Origin: an uncultured Akkermansia sp.
GTDB lineage: Bacteria > Verrucomicrobiota > Verrucomicrobiia > Opitutales > Opitutaceae
Length of the DNA: 46,887 bases
Reading direction: 5' to 3'
Assembly: GCA_964400455.1 (NCBI GenBank)
Contig: CAYNUW010000001.1
Span: 1-46,887, forward strand
Shown: in pieces, positions 26,552 through 37,400 of the stretch
How the letters are laid out: each line of letters starts with the position of its first letter
Numbering within the stretch: position 1 is the first letter of the stretch
Notes under the pieces: generated by a model
The model's input: only the letters and a program-made list of their open reading frames with translations
Told to the model about the DNA's origin: nothing
Databases searched by the model: none
Translations under genes and position numbers: made by a program

Positions 26552-29500
26552 ATGCGCCTCCCCTCCCGCCTGCTCGCGCGCCTTGCGCTCGCCCTTTTTC
26601 TCGCCCTCGCCGCTCCGTTGCTCGGCTCCGTCGTCATCAACGAATTCGTCTCCTCCAACCGCACCGGCCTCGCCGACGAAGACGGCCTTCGCTCCGATTG
26701 GATCGAACTCCACAACACCGGGGCCGCCGCCGTGGATCTTGATGGCTGGAGCCTGAGCGACGACCCCGCCAACCCTCGCCGCTGGACCTTTGCCCCCGGA
26801 GTATTGATCGCCCCCGGCGGCCACCTGCTAGTCTGGGCCTCCGGCAAAGACCGCCCCGGCCAGACCAACCCCGCCCGCGCACCCGGCGAAATCTCCGGCC
26901 TCGTCACTTGGCTGCGCGCCGACACCCTCGCCCTCTCCGCCGGCCAGGCCGTCGCCACCTGGCCCGACACTAGCGGCCGCGGCAATCACGCCACCCAACC
27001 AAACGCCGCTCAGCGGCCCACCTTCACCCCCGCCGCCATCAACGGCCTGCCCGCCCTTACCCTCAACCGCGCCGCCAACCAGCAAGTTCTCCTGCCCACC
27101 GCCTCGTTTAATGGCATGAGTGACCTGTCCAACTTCACCTTCTTCGCCGTCGCACGCTGGACCGGCGGCGTGCGCTCCGGCCTCTTCGGCGGCTACCGCG
27201 GCGCCAACACCGCCAACCTCGGCAGCACCGTCTTCGAAATCACCTCCGACACCGGCGCCCTTCGCCTCCGCATCCCCAACTCCATCGACTCCACCACCAA
27301 TTCCGCCGTCACCTCCGGTCGCTGGCACCTGCTCGGAGCTGCCATGGACTCAACTGCCTCGCGCGCCGGCCTCTTTCGCGACGGCACCACGCTCGCCGAA
27401 CCCACCGGCACCGGCGGCACCAGCCTGCTGGCCAACTTTGAACGCCTGCCCGTCGGCTCCTCCTTCGACGACGTCCGCACCTTCGGCGGCCAGATCGCCG
27501 AGGTTCTGATCTACAACCGCGCCCTCTCCGCCCTCGAACGCGACGCCCTCGGCCGCCATCTCGCCGCCAAATACGCCCTCACCATCAGCACCGGATCAGC
27601 CGAACTCCCCCCACATACCAACTTCAGCATCTCCGCCGGCGGCGAGCCCCTCCTGCTAACCCGCCCCGACGGCACCCTCGCCGACCAGGTGGAACCCGTA
27701 GTCCTGCCCGAGGACGTCTCCTTCGGCCGACTGGGCGACGAACCCACCCGCCTGGCCCAACTCCAAACCGCCACTCCCGGCGCCGCCAACAACACCCCCG
27801 AGCGCGTCGAACCACCCGCCCCCGTCGCCTTCTCCCACGCTTCCGGCCGCTACGGGCAACCCTTTTCCCTCGCCCTCACCCACCCTGACCCGGCCGCGGT
27901 TATCGTTTACACCCTCGACGGCTCCGCCCCTGCACTGGACCGGCTCACCGGCTCTCCCTACCGCTACCTCAGCTCCTACAACAGCGGTCCTTTCGTGGAC
28001 ATGAGCACCACCTCGCTCACCTACCAGTCGCCGCTCGCCATCTCCGACCGCTCCCCCGCTCCCAACCGCATCTCTCGCATCCCCAGCACCAGCGACGCCA
28101 GCCCTTCCTACCTGCCCGCCAATCCAGTCAAAAAAGCCACCGTGGTGCGCGCCCGAGCCTACGTAAACGGCGTGCCCGGTCCCGCCGTCGCCGCCACCTA
28201 CTTCGTCTCCGCCACCGGAGCCTTCGACTACCCCGCCCCCATCGCCTCGCTCTTTTTCGACGAAAAAGACTTCTTCGACTACGAGCAGGGCATCTACGTC
28301 GCCGGCGTGGACCACGTGCTCTCCATCGGCGGGCGCATCTGCAACTGGGGCAACTTCAACCGCACCGGCGACCTCGCCGAAGCCCTCGGCATCTTTCAAT
28401 TCTTCGACGGCGGTCAACTCGCCCACGAACGCGCCGTCGGCTTTCGCATCAACGGCAACTGCTCCCGCCGCAACGCCTACAAGAGCATCCGCCTCCACTC
28501 CGGCTCCGACTACGATCCCCGCGGCGAGATCGACCACCCCTTCTTCACCCAGCCCGTGCCCGACGCCGTCGTTCCCGGCGTCACCGCTCAGCGTCGTGCC
28601 ATCCTTCGCACCCCCAGCATCAACGAGGTCTCCTTCTGCCGCCTTTACCAACCGATCTTCGGCGGCGTGGGCGGACGCCTCCGCCCCGTCGTCACGTTCT
28701 TCAACGGCGAATACTGGGGCGTCTCCCACCTGCGCGACCGCCTCGACCAGCACTACCTGGCCAAAAACTACGATCTCGACCCCGACAACCTCGCCGTAGT
28801 GGATATTCAATACGGCTTTGAGGCCGGCAGCTCCGACCAGCGGGTCTTTGCCCTCGACGCCGGCCTGCCGTCCGACCTCACCGATTTCCACGCCATGCGC
28901 ACGTTCATCTCGAACAATGACATGAGCGTCGCCGCCAACTACGCCCAGGCCCGCACCCTGCTCGACTTCGACTCCTACATCGACCACCTCATCCTCAAGA
29001 TCTTCGCCGGCGACGACCACTACGCCCCTGAATACATCTTCTGGCGCGCCCGATCCCCCCAGGACGCCGGCTTCGGCGACGGTCGCTGGCGTCTCATGGT
29101 GAAGGACTTCGACTCCACCCTTTTCACCGCCAACTACGTCGCCGGCCTCGCCACCGGCACCCACCCCCGTCCCGGCGGGGTCGCGATCTTCCGCTCCTTG
29201 CTCGCCAACAGCGAGTTCCGCCGCGCCTGCATCAACCGCAACGCCGACCTGCTCAACGCCCACTTCCAGCCCGCCCGCTTCCAAACCATCATCAACGCCG
29301 CCTACGACGAAATGGCCCCGCTTTGGCCCGAAATGAGCGCGCGTTGGAACAATGTCGCCTTCAGCAATCCCAACCGTCCCTTCACCCTCTCCGGGCGCAA
29401 CGCCCTGATCAACTGGAGCAACGATCACCCCACCCGCCAGCGCACCCACCTCCGCCAGCACTTCAGCCTCGGCACCGACGTCGCCCTCACCGTCAACGTC

Positions 29501-32500
29501 CCCCAACCCGCTCGCGGCCGCGTTCGGGTCAACACCATCGACATTGATGGCGGCACCCCCGGACTCGCCGCCCAGCCCTACCCTTGGACCGGCCTCTATT
29601 TCCAAAACCTGCCCGTCCGCCTCACCGCCAAGCCTTCCCCCGGCTACCGCTTCACCGCCTGGCGGCTCGCCGGCGCGTCCTCCAACCTCGCCACCACCGC
29701 CGAACTCACCCTGCCCATGGGGACCGCGACCTCCGTCGAGGCCCACTTCGAGCCCCTCGGCGAAGTGCACCGCTGGGATTTCGAATCCACTTCCGACTTT
29801 CTCTCCCCCGCCCTCTCCGTGGTGCCGGGTGCCAGCCTAACCTATACCCTCGGCTCCCTCACCGAGGTCGTGCGCAACACCGCCGCCCAGGACTTCCCCA
29901 CCGCTCACCTGCGCGTCAATAACCCGCTGGGAGCCTCCCTCGTCTGGTCCCTGCCCACCACCGGCCTCACCGATTTGGTCCTCTCCTGGCAAACCCGCCG
30001 CTCCGGCCAAGGCGCCGGCACTCAGATCCTTCACTACACCATCGATGGCGACACCTGGCTGCCCCTCGCCACCTACGCCGTCGCCGACGCCGCTCCACAG
30101 ACCCGCACGTTCGACCTCGCTGCACTCACCGGTGTCGCGAACAATCCACGCTTCGCCGTCCGCGTCACTTTCGCCCAGGATAACGGCGGCACCGCGGGCA
30201 ACCACCGCTTCGACCAGGTCGTGCTCTCCGGCGTGCCCCTCTCCGCCGGCGCACCACCGGCCGCCTTCATCCTCGACGCCCCGCCCGCCGCCTTCGCCTC
30301 GTCCGAGGCCGCCTTGCCACCCGTCGTCGTCCGCTTCCTCGACGCCGCCGGCCTGCCGGCCATCTCCTACAACGGCCCCGTCACCGTCGGCCTCGACCGC
30401 CCCGACGGCACCCTCCTCGGCACCGCCACCGTCAACGCCCTCAACGGCGTGGCCACCTTCTCCGACCTCGCCATTCGGGGCTCGGGCCTTTTCCGCCTCA
30501 TCGTTTCCGCCGCCGGACTGCCCGCCGCCACGTCATCCCCGATCCGCGTCGTCCGCCTCGACGCCCTCGTCGTGCCCCGCTTTGTTCAGGGCGGTCAAGA
30601 CCTCCCCGGCGAGAACAACCAGCGCACCCCCTTCGCCTGGCTCGGCCGGCTCGACGGCCTCGCCCCAGGCGCCACCTACCGCTACGCCAACCGGGTCGCC
30701 CTGCCCACCGACACCCCCGCGAGCGACGGCGCGGGCAACATGATCTTCATCACCGGTGAATCCACCGACTGGATACGCTCCGCCGATTCACCCGGCTTCC
30801 AAGCCGCCGACTTCGGCGCGCGCCACCATGTCTTCACCGCCGGCCCCGACGGCACCCACACCGCCTGGTTCGTCACCGAACCCACCGGCAACGCCCGCTT
30901 CACCCCTGGCAACACCCTCCACCCCCGGCTCCTGCTCAACGACGGTGCCGCCGGCGAGACCACCGCCCACGTGCTCACCTCCGCCGTCGGCGCCACGGTC
31001 CTGCGCTATGGCACAGCCCCCGGCGAAGGCACTGCCTTCCACGGCTCCGCCCCCTCCGCCGGACGCCGCATCGCCGTGCTCCACGACGACGCCGCAGGGA
31101 CCAGCCGCCCCCTCGCCGCCACCCCGGTCGAGCGCACCGGCGCACTCCCCGACACCCGTTACGCCACCTTCTACCTCGACTTCGTGGCCGGCCGCCCCAG
31201 CCGCTGGGGCGCCATTCTGCCCAACACCCTACCTGCCGGACTGCGCCGCGTCGAGTTCCACACCCCGCTCGACACCTCCGGCCCCCTGGACGCCCTGCGC
31301 GTCGCCGCCTCCGGCTTCTCCGGCACGATCAATCCCTCCGGCGGCCTGGCCACCCCCGTCGTGGTCAATCTCGACGCCAGCCTGCCGCTTTTTCTCCCCA
31401 CCGGCAACGGCACCTGGCAGGCCGCCTCCAACTGGACGCCTGCCGCCGTGCCCAACGCCTCCGGCGCCTCCGCCCGCCTCGCCGCCCCGCTCACCGCCGA
31501 CCGCAACGTCAACTTCACCGCGCCCGCCACGGTAGGCTACCTGCGCTTCGACCAAGCCGCCAGCTCCTACCGCAATCGCCTTCGCGCCCTCGACGACGCC
31601 GGCTCCGGCGCGCTCACCCTCCACGGCGGCTCCTCCGGCCCCGCCCTCCTCCAGGTCGAAGGCAGCGACACCGGCACCGGTCACGTGGACCTCGACTTCA
31701 TCAATCCCACCACCCTCGCCACCAATCTCGTCCTGCTCGTCAACCAGGTCGACGGCGACCCAGCGCACGGCGCGCTCCGCCTGCAACGCACCTGGATCGG
31801 CCCCGGAGGCCTCACCAAACGCGGCCCCGGCATCGCCACCCTCTCCGGCGCGGATAAAACCTTCACCGGCCCGCTCCGCATCGAACAAGGCGTGCTCCGG
31901 GTCACCGCCCCCGCCACCCCCTCCGCCACCGCCGGCGTCACCGTGCGTCCCGGCGGTCAGCTCCGTCTCGTGTCCAGCGGCAGCGCCGAGAACCCCGTCC
32001 ACCATCTCTTTGGCGGCGGCACCGTCCACCTAGCCGGCTCCGGTCGCGGCGCCGAGATACCCGAAAGCGAACAACGCGGCGTGCTCGGCGCCCTTCGCTA
32101 CGACCCCGCCACCGGCTCCGGCCACGTGTCGCTCGCCAATTCCATCGCCCTCGACGCCCCGACCGATGTCCACGTGGACGGCACGGGCAACCGCCTGCGC
32201 CTTGACGGCTCCCTCACCGGCGCACCCCACCCGCTCACCAAAACCGGCGGAGGCACCCTGGAGCTTGCCGGCTCGTCCACCACCGTATCCGCCCCGTCGC
32301 TACAGGTGGTGAATGGCGTTCTGTCCGTCACCGGCCTCCACCCCGCCCCGGCCCACTTGGCCACGGACGGCGTGCTCTCCGGCTCCGGCCTCGTCGGACC
32401 ATTGGAAGGCCCCGGCACCGTCACACTCGCCGCCGCCCGCCTTACCGCAACTTCGTCCGCCGTCGCCCGCCTCGCCGTCACGCTGGCCACCCCCGGAGGC

Positions 32501-33211
32501 CTGAATGGCAACGGCGTCCTTGCCCTCACCTCCGCCGCCTCCCTGCCCGCCGCACCCGGCACCCTCGACCTTTTCCTCTCCACGGCCGCCCTCCTCCCCG
32601 GGGACCGCTTCGCCGGCGGCCTGCTGACCCCGCCGGAGTTCGACCTCACCACCGCGCTCGCCAGCACTCAGGTCCGCCTTCACGTGCCCGACCCTGCCGG
32701 TGCCATCCAGCACCTCGGTCAATCCTATCGCCTCGCTCTGCCCTCCGACCAACTCTCCTGGCGCGTGGCCGACTATCCGGAAGGCCGCACGCTTGAGGTG
32801 CTCCGCAGCGGCTCTCCGTCCACCTTTGCCCAATGGCGCGGCCTGGTCTTCGCCGACCCCGCTCTTCGCCTCGACGACAACCTTGCCGGGCCCCTCGCCA
32901 CCCGTGACGGCCTGAGCAACCTAGCCCGCTACGCTTTCGGCGCCGGCCTCACCGAACCCGCCGCCAGTTACGCACCCTCCGCCCAAAGCGCGCCCGGCGG
33001 TTACCTGACTTACCGCTTCAAATTCGACCCGTCCCTATCCGATATCGTCTGGCGGGTGGAGAGTTCGCCTGATCTGAACGACTGGTCGACCGTTGTCTTC
33101 GACTCGCTCATCCACCCTGCCCCGCCCCGAGACGCCACCGGCTGGACCGAGATCCTCGTCCCTCGCGATGGCCCCCGCCGCTTCCTCCGCCTGCGAATAG
33201 AAACACGCTAA
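26552..33211 (+). CDS. Large secreted CotH-family protein with lamin-tail, LamG, Fn3/chitobiase-associated and autotransporter-associated beta-strand (PATR) modules
   Basis: Signal peptide from ATG 26552; VVINEF...DWIELHN (lamin tail); FGGQIAEVLIYNRAL (LamG); IVYTLDGSAP; FNGEYWG and DGRWRLMVKDFD (CotH); LTKRGPGIATLSG and LTKTGGGTLEL (PATR). Confidence 0.85.
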   Translation: MRLPSRLLARLALALFLALAAPLLGSVVINEFVSSNRTGLADEDGLRSDWIELHNTGAAAVDLDGWSLSDDPANPRRWTFAPGVLIAPGGHLLVWASGKDRPGQTNPARAPGEISGLVTWLRADTLALSAGQAVATWPDTSGRGNHATQPNAAQRPTFTPAAINGLPALTLNRAANQQVLLPTASFNGMSDLSNFTFFAVARWTGGVRSGLFGGYRGANTANLGSTVFEITSDTGALRLRIPNSIDSTTNSAVTSGRWHLLGAAMDSTASRAGLFRDGTTLAEPTGTGGTSLLANFERLPVGSSFDDVRTFGGQIAEVLIYNRALSALERDALGRHLAAKYALTISTGSAELPPHTNFSISAGGEPLLLTRPDGTLADQVEPVVLPEDVSFGRLGDEPTRLAQLQTATPGAANNTPERVEPPAPVAFSHASGRYGQPFSLALTHPDPAAVIVYTLDGSAPALDRLTGSPYRYLSSYNSGPFVDMSTTSLTYQSPLAISDRSPAPNRISRIPSTSDASPSYLPANPVKKATVVRARAYVNGVPGPAVAATYFVSATGAFDYPAPIASLFFDEKDFFDYEQGIYVAGVDHVLSIGGRICNWGNFNRTGDLAEALGIFQFFDGGQLAHERAVGFRINGNCSRRNAYKSIRLHSGSDYDPRGEIDHPFFTQPVPDAVVPGVTAQRRAILRTPSINEVSFCRLYQPIFGGVGGRLRPVVTFFNGEYWGVSHLRDRLDQHYLAKNYDLDPDNLAVVDIQYGFEAGSSDQRVFALDAGLPSDLTDFHAMRTFISNNDMSVAANYAQARTLLDFDSYIDHLILKIFAGDDHYAPEYIFWRARSPQDAGFGDGRWRLMVKDFDSTLFTANYVAGLATGTHPRPGGVAIFRSLLANSEFRRACINRNADLLNAHFQPARFQTIINAAYDEMAPLWPEMSARWNNVAFSNPNRPFTLSGRNALINWSNDHPTRQRTHLRQHFSLGTDVALTVNVPQPARGRVRVNTIDIDGGTPGLAAQPYPWTGLYFQNLPVRLTAKPSPGYRFTAWRLAGASSNLATTAELTLPMGTATSVEAHFEPLGEVHRWDFESTSDFLSPALSVVPGASLTYTLGSLTEVVRNTAAQDFPTAHLRVNNPLGASLVWSLPTTGLTDLVLSWQTRRSGQGAGTQILHYTIDGDTWLPLATYAVADAAPQTRTFDLAALTGVANNPRFAVRVTFAQDNGGTAGNHRFDQVVLSGVPLSAGAPPAAFILDAPPAAFASSEAALPPVVVRFLDAAGLPAISYNGPVTVGLDRPDGTLLGTATVNALNGVATFSDLAIRGSGLFRLIVSAAGLPAATSSPIRVVRLDALVVPRFVQGGQDLPGENNQRTPFAWLGRLDGLAPGATYRYANRVALPTDTPASDGAGNMIFITGESTDWIRSADSPGFQAADFGARHHVFTAGPDGTHTAWFVTEPTGNARFTPGNTLHPRLLLNDGAAGETTAHVLTSAVGATVLRYGTAPGEGTAFHGSAPSAGRRIAVLHDDAAGTSRPLAATPVERTGALPDTRYATFYLDFVAGRPSRWGAILPNTLPAGLRRVEFHTPLDTSGPLDALRVAASGFSGTINPSGGLATPVVVNLDASLPLFLPTGNGTWQAASNWTPAAVPNASGASARLAAPLTADRNVNFTAPATVGYLRFDQAASSYRNRLRALDDAGSGALTLHGGSSGPALLQVEGSDTGTGHVDLDFINPTTLATNLVLLVNQVDGDPAHGALRLQRTWIGPGGLTKRGPGIATLSGADKTFTGPLRIEQGVLRVTAPATPSATAGVTVRPGGQLRLVSSGSAENPVHHLFGGGTVHLAGSGRGAEIPESEQRGVLGALRYDPATGSGHVSLANSIALDAPTDVHVDGTGNRLRLDGSLTGAPHPLTKTGGGTLELAGSSTTVSAPSLQVVNGVLSVTGLHPAPAHLATDGVLSGSGLVGPLEGPGTVTLAAARLTATSSAVARLAVTLATPGGLNGNGVLALTSAASLPAAPGTLDLFLSTAALLPGDRFAGGLLTPPEFDLTTALASTQVRLHVPDPAGAIQHLGQSYRLALPSDQLSWRVADYPEGRTLEVLRSGSPSTFAQWRGLVFADPALRLDDNLAGPLATRDGLSNLARYAFGAGLTEPAASYAPSAQSAPGGYLTYRFKFDPSLSDIVWRVESSPDLNDWSTVVFDSLIHPAPPRDATGWTEILVPRDGPRRFLRLRIETR

Positions 33212-33303
33212 ACCGCCTTTCGGTTGAACAAAGTTTAACCGCAGCCACCTCCCCGTTGAAAGCTGTTCGGCGCGGCATCCCGACCGACGCACTCATCATT
33301 TTG

Positions 33304-33319
33304 GGGCACGCCCAGTGCT
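33304..33319 (+). promoter_or_regulatory. Putative sigma54 promoter of the RND operon
   Basis: GGGCACGCCCAGTGCT, GG-N10-GC, close to consensus TGGCACG-N4-TTGCW. Confidence 0.55.
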
Positions 33320-33334
33320 GGGCGTTTGACGTCC

Positions 33335-34438
33335 ATGGCGTCTTCTCTGGTCTCGTCTGTCTTCTCCAAATCCCGCTTGCGCACGGTCGTTATCCTCTTC
33401 GCGCTCGCCACCCTCGGCGTAGCCGGCTGGAAGCTGATCGGCGCGGAAAAAGCCGCTCAACCCGCGACCAAAAACGACCGACCGACCGAAACGCCCGCCC
33501 TACCCGTTACAGGGGTAACCCTTGAATCCCAGCTTTTTAAGGAGACCATTACCGCCACCGGGACCCTGCGAGCCGACGAAGCCGTCGAGATCCAAACCGA
33601 GGTCAACGGCAAGATCAGCGCCGTGCGTTTCCAAGAGGGCCAACTGGTCAAGGCCGGCGATGTCCTGGTTAAAATCGACGACTCCACCCTCCAAGCCTCC
33701 CTCCGCCGCTCCGAAGCTCGCCGCGCCTTGGCTGTATTCCGCGAACGCCGCCTCGCCCGCTTGGTGGCCGAGGGCGGCGTTAGCCGGCAGGAATACGATG
33801 AAGCGAGCGGCGAACTCGACGTCCTCCTGGCCGAAGGCGACATCATTCGCGCCGACATTGCCAAAACCGAGATACGCGCGCCCTTCGATGGTCGCATCGG
33901 CCTGCGCTTCGTCTCCGTCGGCGCCTACGTCAATCCCACCACCCGCATTGCCACCCTGCAACGCCTCGACCAGCTCAAAGTCGATTTCTCCGTCCCCGAA
34001 CGCTACGCCACCCGCGTCCGCACCGGCGACCCCCTGCAATTTACCGCCGCCGGCAGCAACACCACCTACACCGCCGAGGTCATCGCCCAAGAGCCTCGCA
34101 TCGACGTCGCCACCCGCACCATCCTCATCCGCGCCCTTTGCCGCGACCCGGACCCCAACCTCCTGCCAGGCCTTTTCGCCCGCGTCTCCTTTACCGTAAG
34201 CCAGGCCGAGAACGCGCTGCTTGTCCCCGCCATCGCGATCATTGCCGGTCTCGACGAACGCTTCGTCTTCGTCGCCCGCGACGGCAAGGCCCTGCGCGTG
34301 CCCGTGCGCGTCGGCGCACGCACCGCCACCCACGTGCAGATCATCGAAGGCCTGCAACCCGGTGAAACCGTGCTCACCTCCGGCGTGCAACAACTGCGCA
34401 ACGGCCTCCCCGTGCGCGTCACCGGCACCGGCGCCTGA
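33335..34438 (+). CDS. RND efflux periplasmic adaptor (membrane fusion protein)
   Basis: N-terminal TM; EVNGKI...FQEGQLVKAGDVLVKID, IRAPFDG, LLPGLFA, GLQPGETV. Confidence 0.94.
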   Translation: MASSLVSSVFSKSRLRTVVILFALATLGVAGWKLIGAEKAAQPATKNDRPTETPALPVTGVTLESQLFKETITATGTLRADEAVEIQTEVNGKISAVRFQEGQLVKAGDVLVKIDDSTLQASLRRSEARRALAVFRERRLARLVAEGGVSRQEYDEASGELDVLLAEGDIIRADIAKTEIRAPFDGRIGLRFVSVGAYVNPTTRIATLQRLDQLKVDFSVPERYATRVRTGDPLQFTAAGSNTTYTAEVIAQEPRIDVATRTILIRALCRDPDPNLLPGLFARVSFTVSQAENALLVPAIAIIAGLDERFVFVARDGKALRVPVRVGARTATHVQIIEGLQPGETVLTSGVQQLRNGLPVRVTGTGA

Positions 34439-34473
34439 CCACGCGCGACGCCACTTTTCCCACCTTCCCATCT

Positions 34474-37400
34474 GTGTCTCTCGCTTCCATCAGCATCCGA
34501 CGTCCGGTCCTGGCCGTGGTCATGTCGGCCGTCATCACCCTGCTCGGAGGCCTCTCCGCACTTCGGCTCGGCGTGCGCGAATACCCGGCGGTGGATCCAC
34601 CCGTCGTCTCCATCGTCACCACCTACCCCGGGGCGGACGCCAGCATCATCGAGTCGCAGATCACCGAACCCATCGAGGCCGCCGTAAACGCGGTCGCCGG
34701 TATCCGCACCATCACTTCGACCAGCCGCGAAGGGGCCAGCCAAGTCGTGGTCGAGTTCGATCTAGGGGCCAACCTCGAAACCGCCGCCAACGATGTTCGC
34801 GACAAACTCGGCCAGGTTGTCCGCAACCTTCCCCCGGACGCCGATCCGCCCGTTGTCGAAAAGGCCGACGCCGACGCCTCCCCCTTTTTCGGCATCGTCG
34901 TCTCCAGCTCCACCCGCGATCTCATGCCCCTAAGCGCCTACGCGGATACCCTGCGCGAACGACTGCAAACCGTGCCCGGCGTAAGCAACATCCGCCTGGT
35001 GGGAGAAAAACGCTACTCGATGCGGCTCTGGTTGGACCCCGCCCGTCTCAGTGCACTCGGCATTACCACCCTCGAAGTTCGCCAGGCCCTCCAACGGGAA
35101 AACGTCGAGCTACCCTCCGGTCGCATCGAAGGCGGCACAATCGAGCTCACGGTGCGCACCCTCGGCCGCCTCGAATCTGTCGAGGCCTTTAACCGTGTCA
35201 TCCTCAAGCGCAGCGGCGACCAGATCGTGCGCCTCGCCGACGTCGGCTACGCCGAACTTGGCCCGGAAAATCCCCGCTCCAGCCTGAAGGTCGGCGGACT
35301 CCCCATGGTCGGCGTCTACGTCAGCCCCCAGCCCGGTGCCAACCAGATCGAAATCGCCGACGAGCTCCTGCGCCGCCTCGAACAATTTAAACGCGAAAAA
35401 CCCTCCGACATCGATCTGCGCCTCGCCTACGATAACACCAACTTTGTCCGGCTCGCGATCCACGAGGTGAGAGAGACCATGCTCATCGCCTTCCTGCTCG
35501 TCGTGCTGGTCATCTTCCTCTTCCTGCGCGACTGGCGCAGCACCCTTATCCCCATCGTCTCCATCCCCGTCTCCATCATCGGCGCCTTCCTGATCATGGA
35601 CGCCGCCGGCTTCTCGATCAACGTGCTCACCCTCCTGGGCATCGTGCTCGCCATCGGCCTGGTCGTAGACGACTCCATCGTCGTCCTCGAAAACATCTAC
35701 ACCAAAATCGAGTCTGGCATGCCCCCTCGCCTCGCCGGCGAAACCGGCACTTCCGAAATATACCTCGCGGTGGTCGCCACCACCATCGCCCTCGCCGCCG
35801 TCTTCCTGCCCGTCATCTTTCTCGGCGGCATGACCGGACGCCTTTTCCGCGAGTTCGGCGTCGTCATCGCCGGGGCTGTCTTCATCTCCGCCTTCGTCGC
35901 CCTGACCCTCACCCCCATGCTCTGCGTGCGCCTCTTGCGCCCTCACTCGCACGAAAACGCCTTTCATCGCCGCACCGAGCCCTTCTTTCGCGGTATGTCC
36001 AGCGTCTACCAGCACAGCCTCAACGCGTTCCTCCGCCACCGCTGGGCCGCCCCTCTCGCCCTCGCCCTCTGCGTGGGCGTAATCGTGTATTGCTTCAAAA
36101 CCCTGCCCCGTGAACTCTCTCCCCTTGAGGATCGTGGTCGCATCATGGTGCGTGCCACCGCCCCCGAGGGCGCTTCGCACGACTACATGGTCCACTACCT
36201 CGACGACCTAGCTGCCGCCGTCGAAACCGAGGTCGGCAACGACCTGCGCCTCGCCATGGTTCAGACCCCTTCCGGCAGCAGCGGCGGCGCCGGCGTCATC
36301 AACACCGGTTTTGTCCGTTTGTTTCTCAAGGACCGGGACGAACGCGCGTTCAGCCAGCAAGACCTCGCCACCCGCCTGCAACGCACCGTGCGCGGCCAGA
36401 CCGGTGCCCGCGTCAACATCAGCCAGGAACCCAGCATCGGCGAGCGGCGCGGAACCGGCCTCTCCGCCCAGTTAGTGATCCAAGCCGCCACCCTCGATCT
36501 CATCAAGGACGCCGTGGACCCCTTCCTGGAACGCGCCCGCGCCCACCCCGCCTTCGCGTTTGTCGACGTGGACCTGCGCTTCAACCGCCCCGAGCTCCGC
36601 CTCGCCATCCAACGGGAAAAGGCCGAGGCCCTCGGCGTCTCCGCCGCCGATATCGCCTCCACCCTCCAGGCCGCGCTCAGCGGCCAGCGCTTCGGCTACT
36701 TCATTTTCGAAGGCAAACAATACAACGTCATCGGCCAGCTCTTGCGCGAAGACCGCGCGCGCGTCTCCGACCTCGCCACCATCCATGTCAAATCCTCCGC
36801 CGGGGAAATCATACCCCTCGACAACCTTGTGACCCCTGCTGAAACGAGCGGGCCTCCCCAGCTCTACCGCTACAATCGCTTCTCCTCCGCTACCGTCTCC
36901 GGCACGCTCAGCCCAGGCTACACCCTGGGCCAAGGCGTGGCCGCCCTGCGTGAAATCGCGGCCGACGTGCTTGATGAGCGCTACACCACCAGTCTCACCG
37001 GCGCCTCCCGCGACTTGGAGGACAGCTCTTCCAGCCTGGGCTTCGTCTTCGTGCTGGCCCTTCTCCTCGTCTATCTGGTCCTCGCCGCCCAGTTCGAAAG
37101 CTTCCGCGATCCCTTCACCATCCTGATCACCGTCCCCCTCGCCTTGGCCGGTGCCTTGGCCACTCTGTGGATTTTTGGCGAAACCCTGAACATATTCTCC
37201 CAGATCGGCCTTATCATGCTCATCGGCTTGGTCACCAAGAACGGCATCCTGCTGGTTGAATTCGCCGGCCAAAGCCGAGCCAGTGGCCTGTCGCTGCGCG
37301 CCTCGGTCGAAGCCGCCTGCGTAGCGCGCTTCCGCCCCATACTCATGACTTCCGCCTGCACCATCCTCGGTGTGCTTCCCATCGCCCTTGCTCTCGGCGC

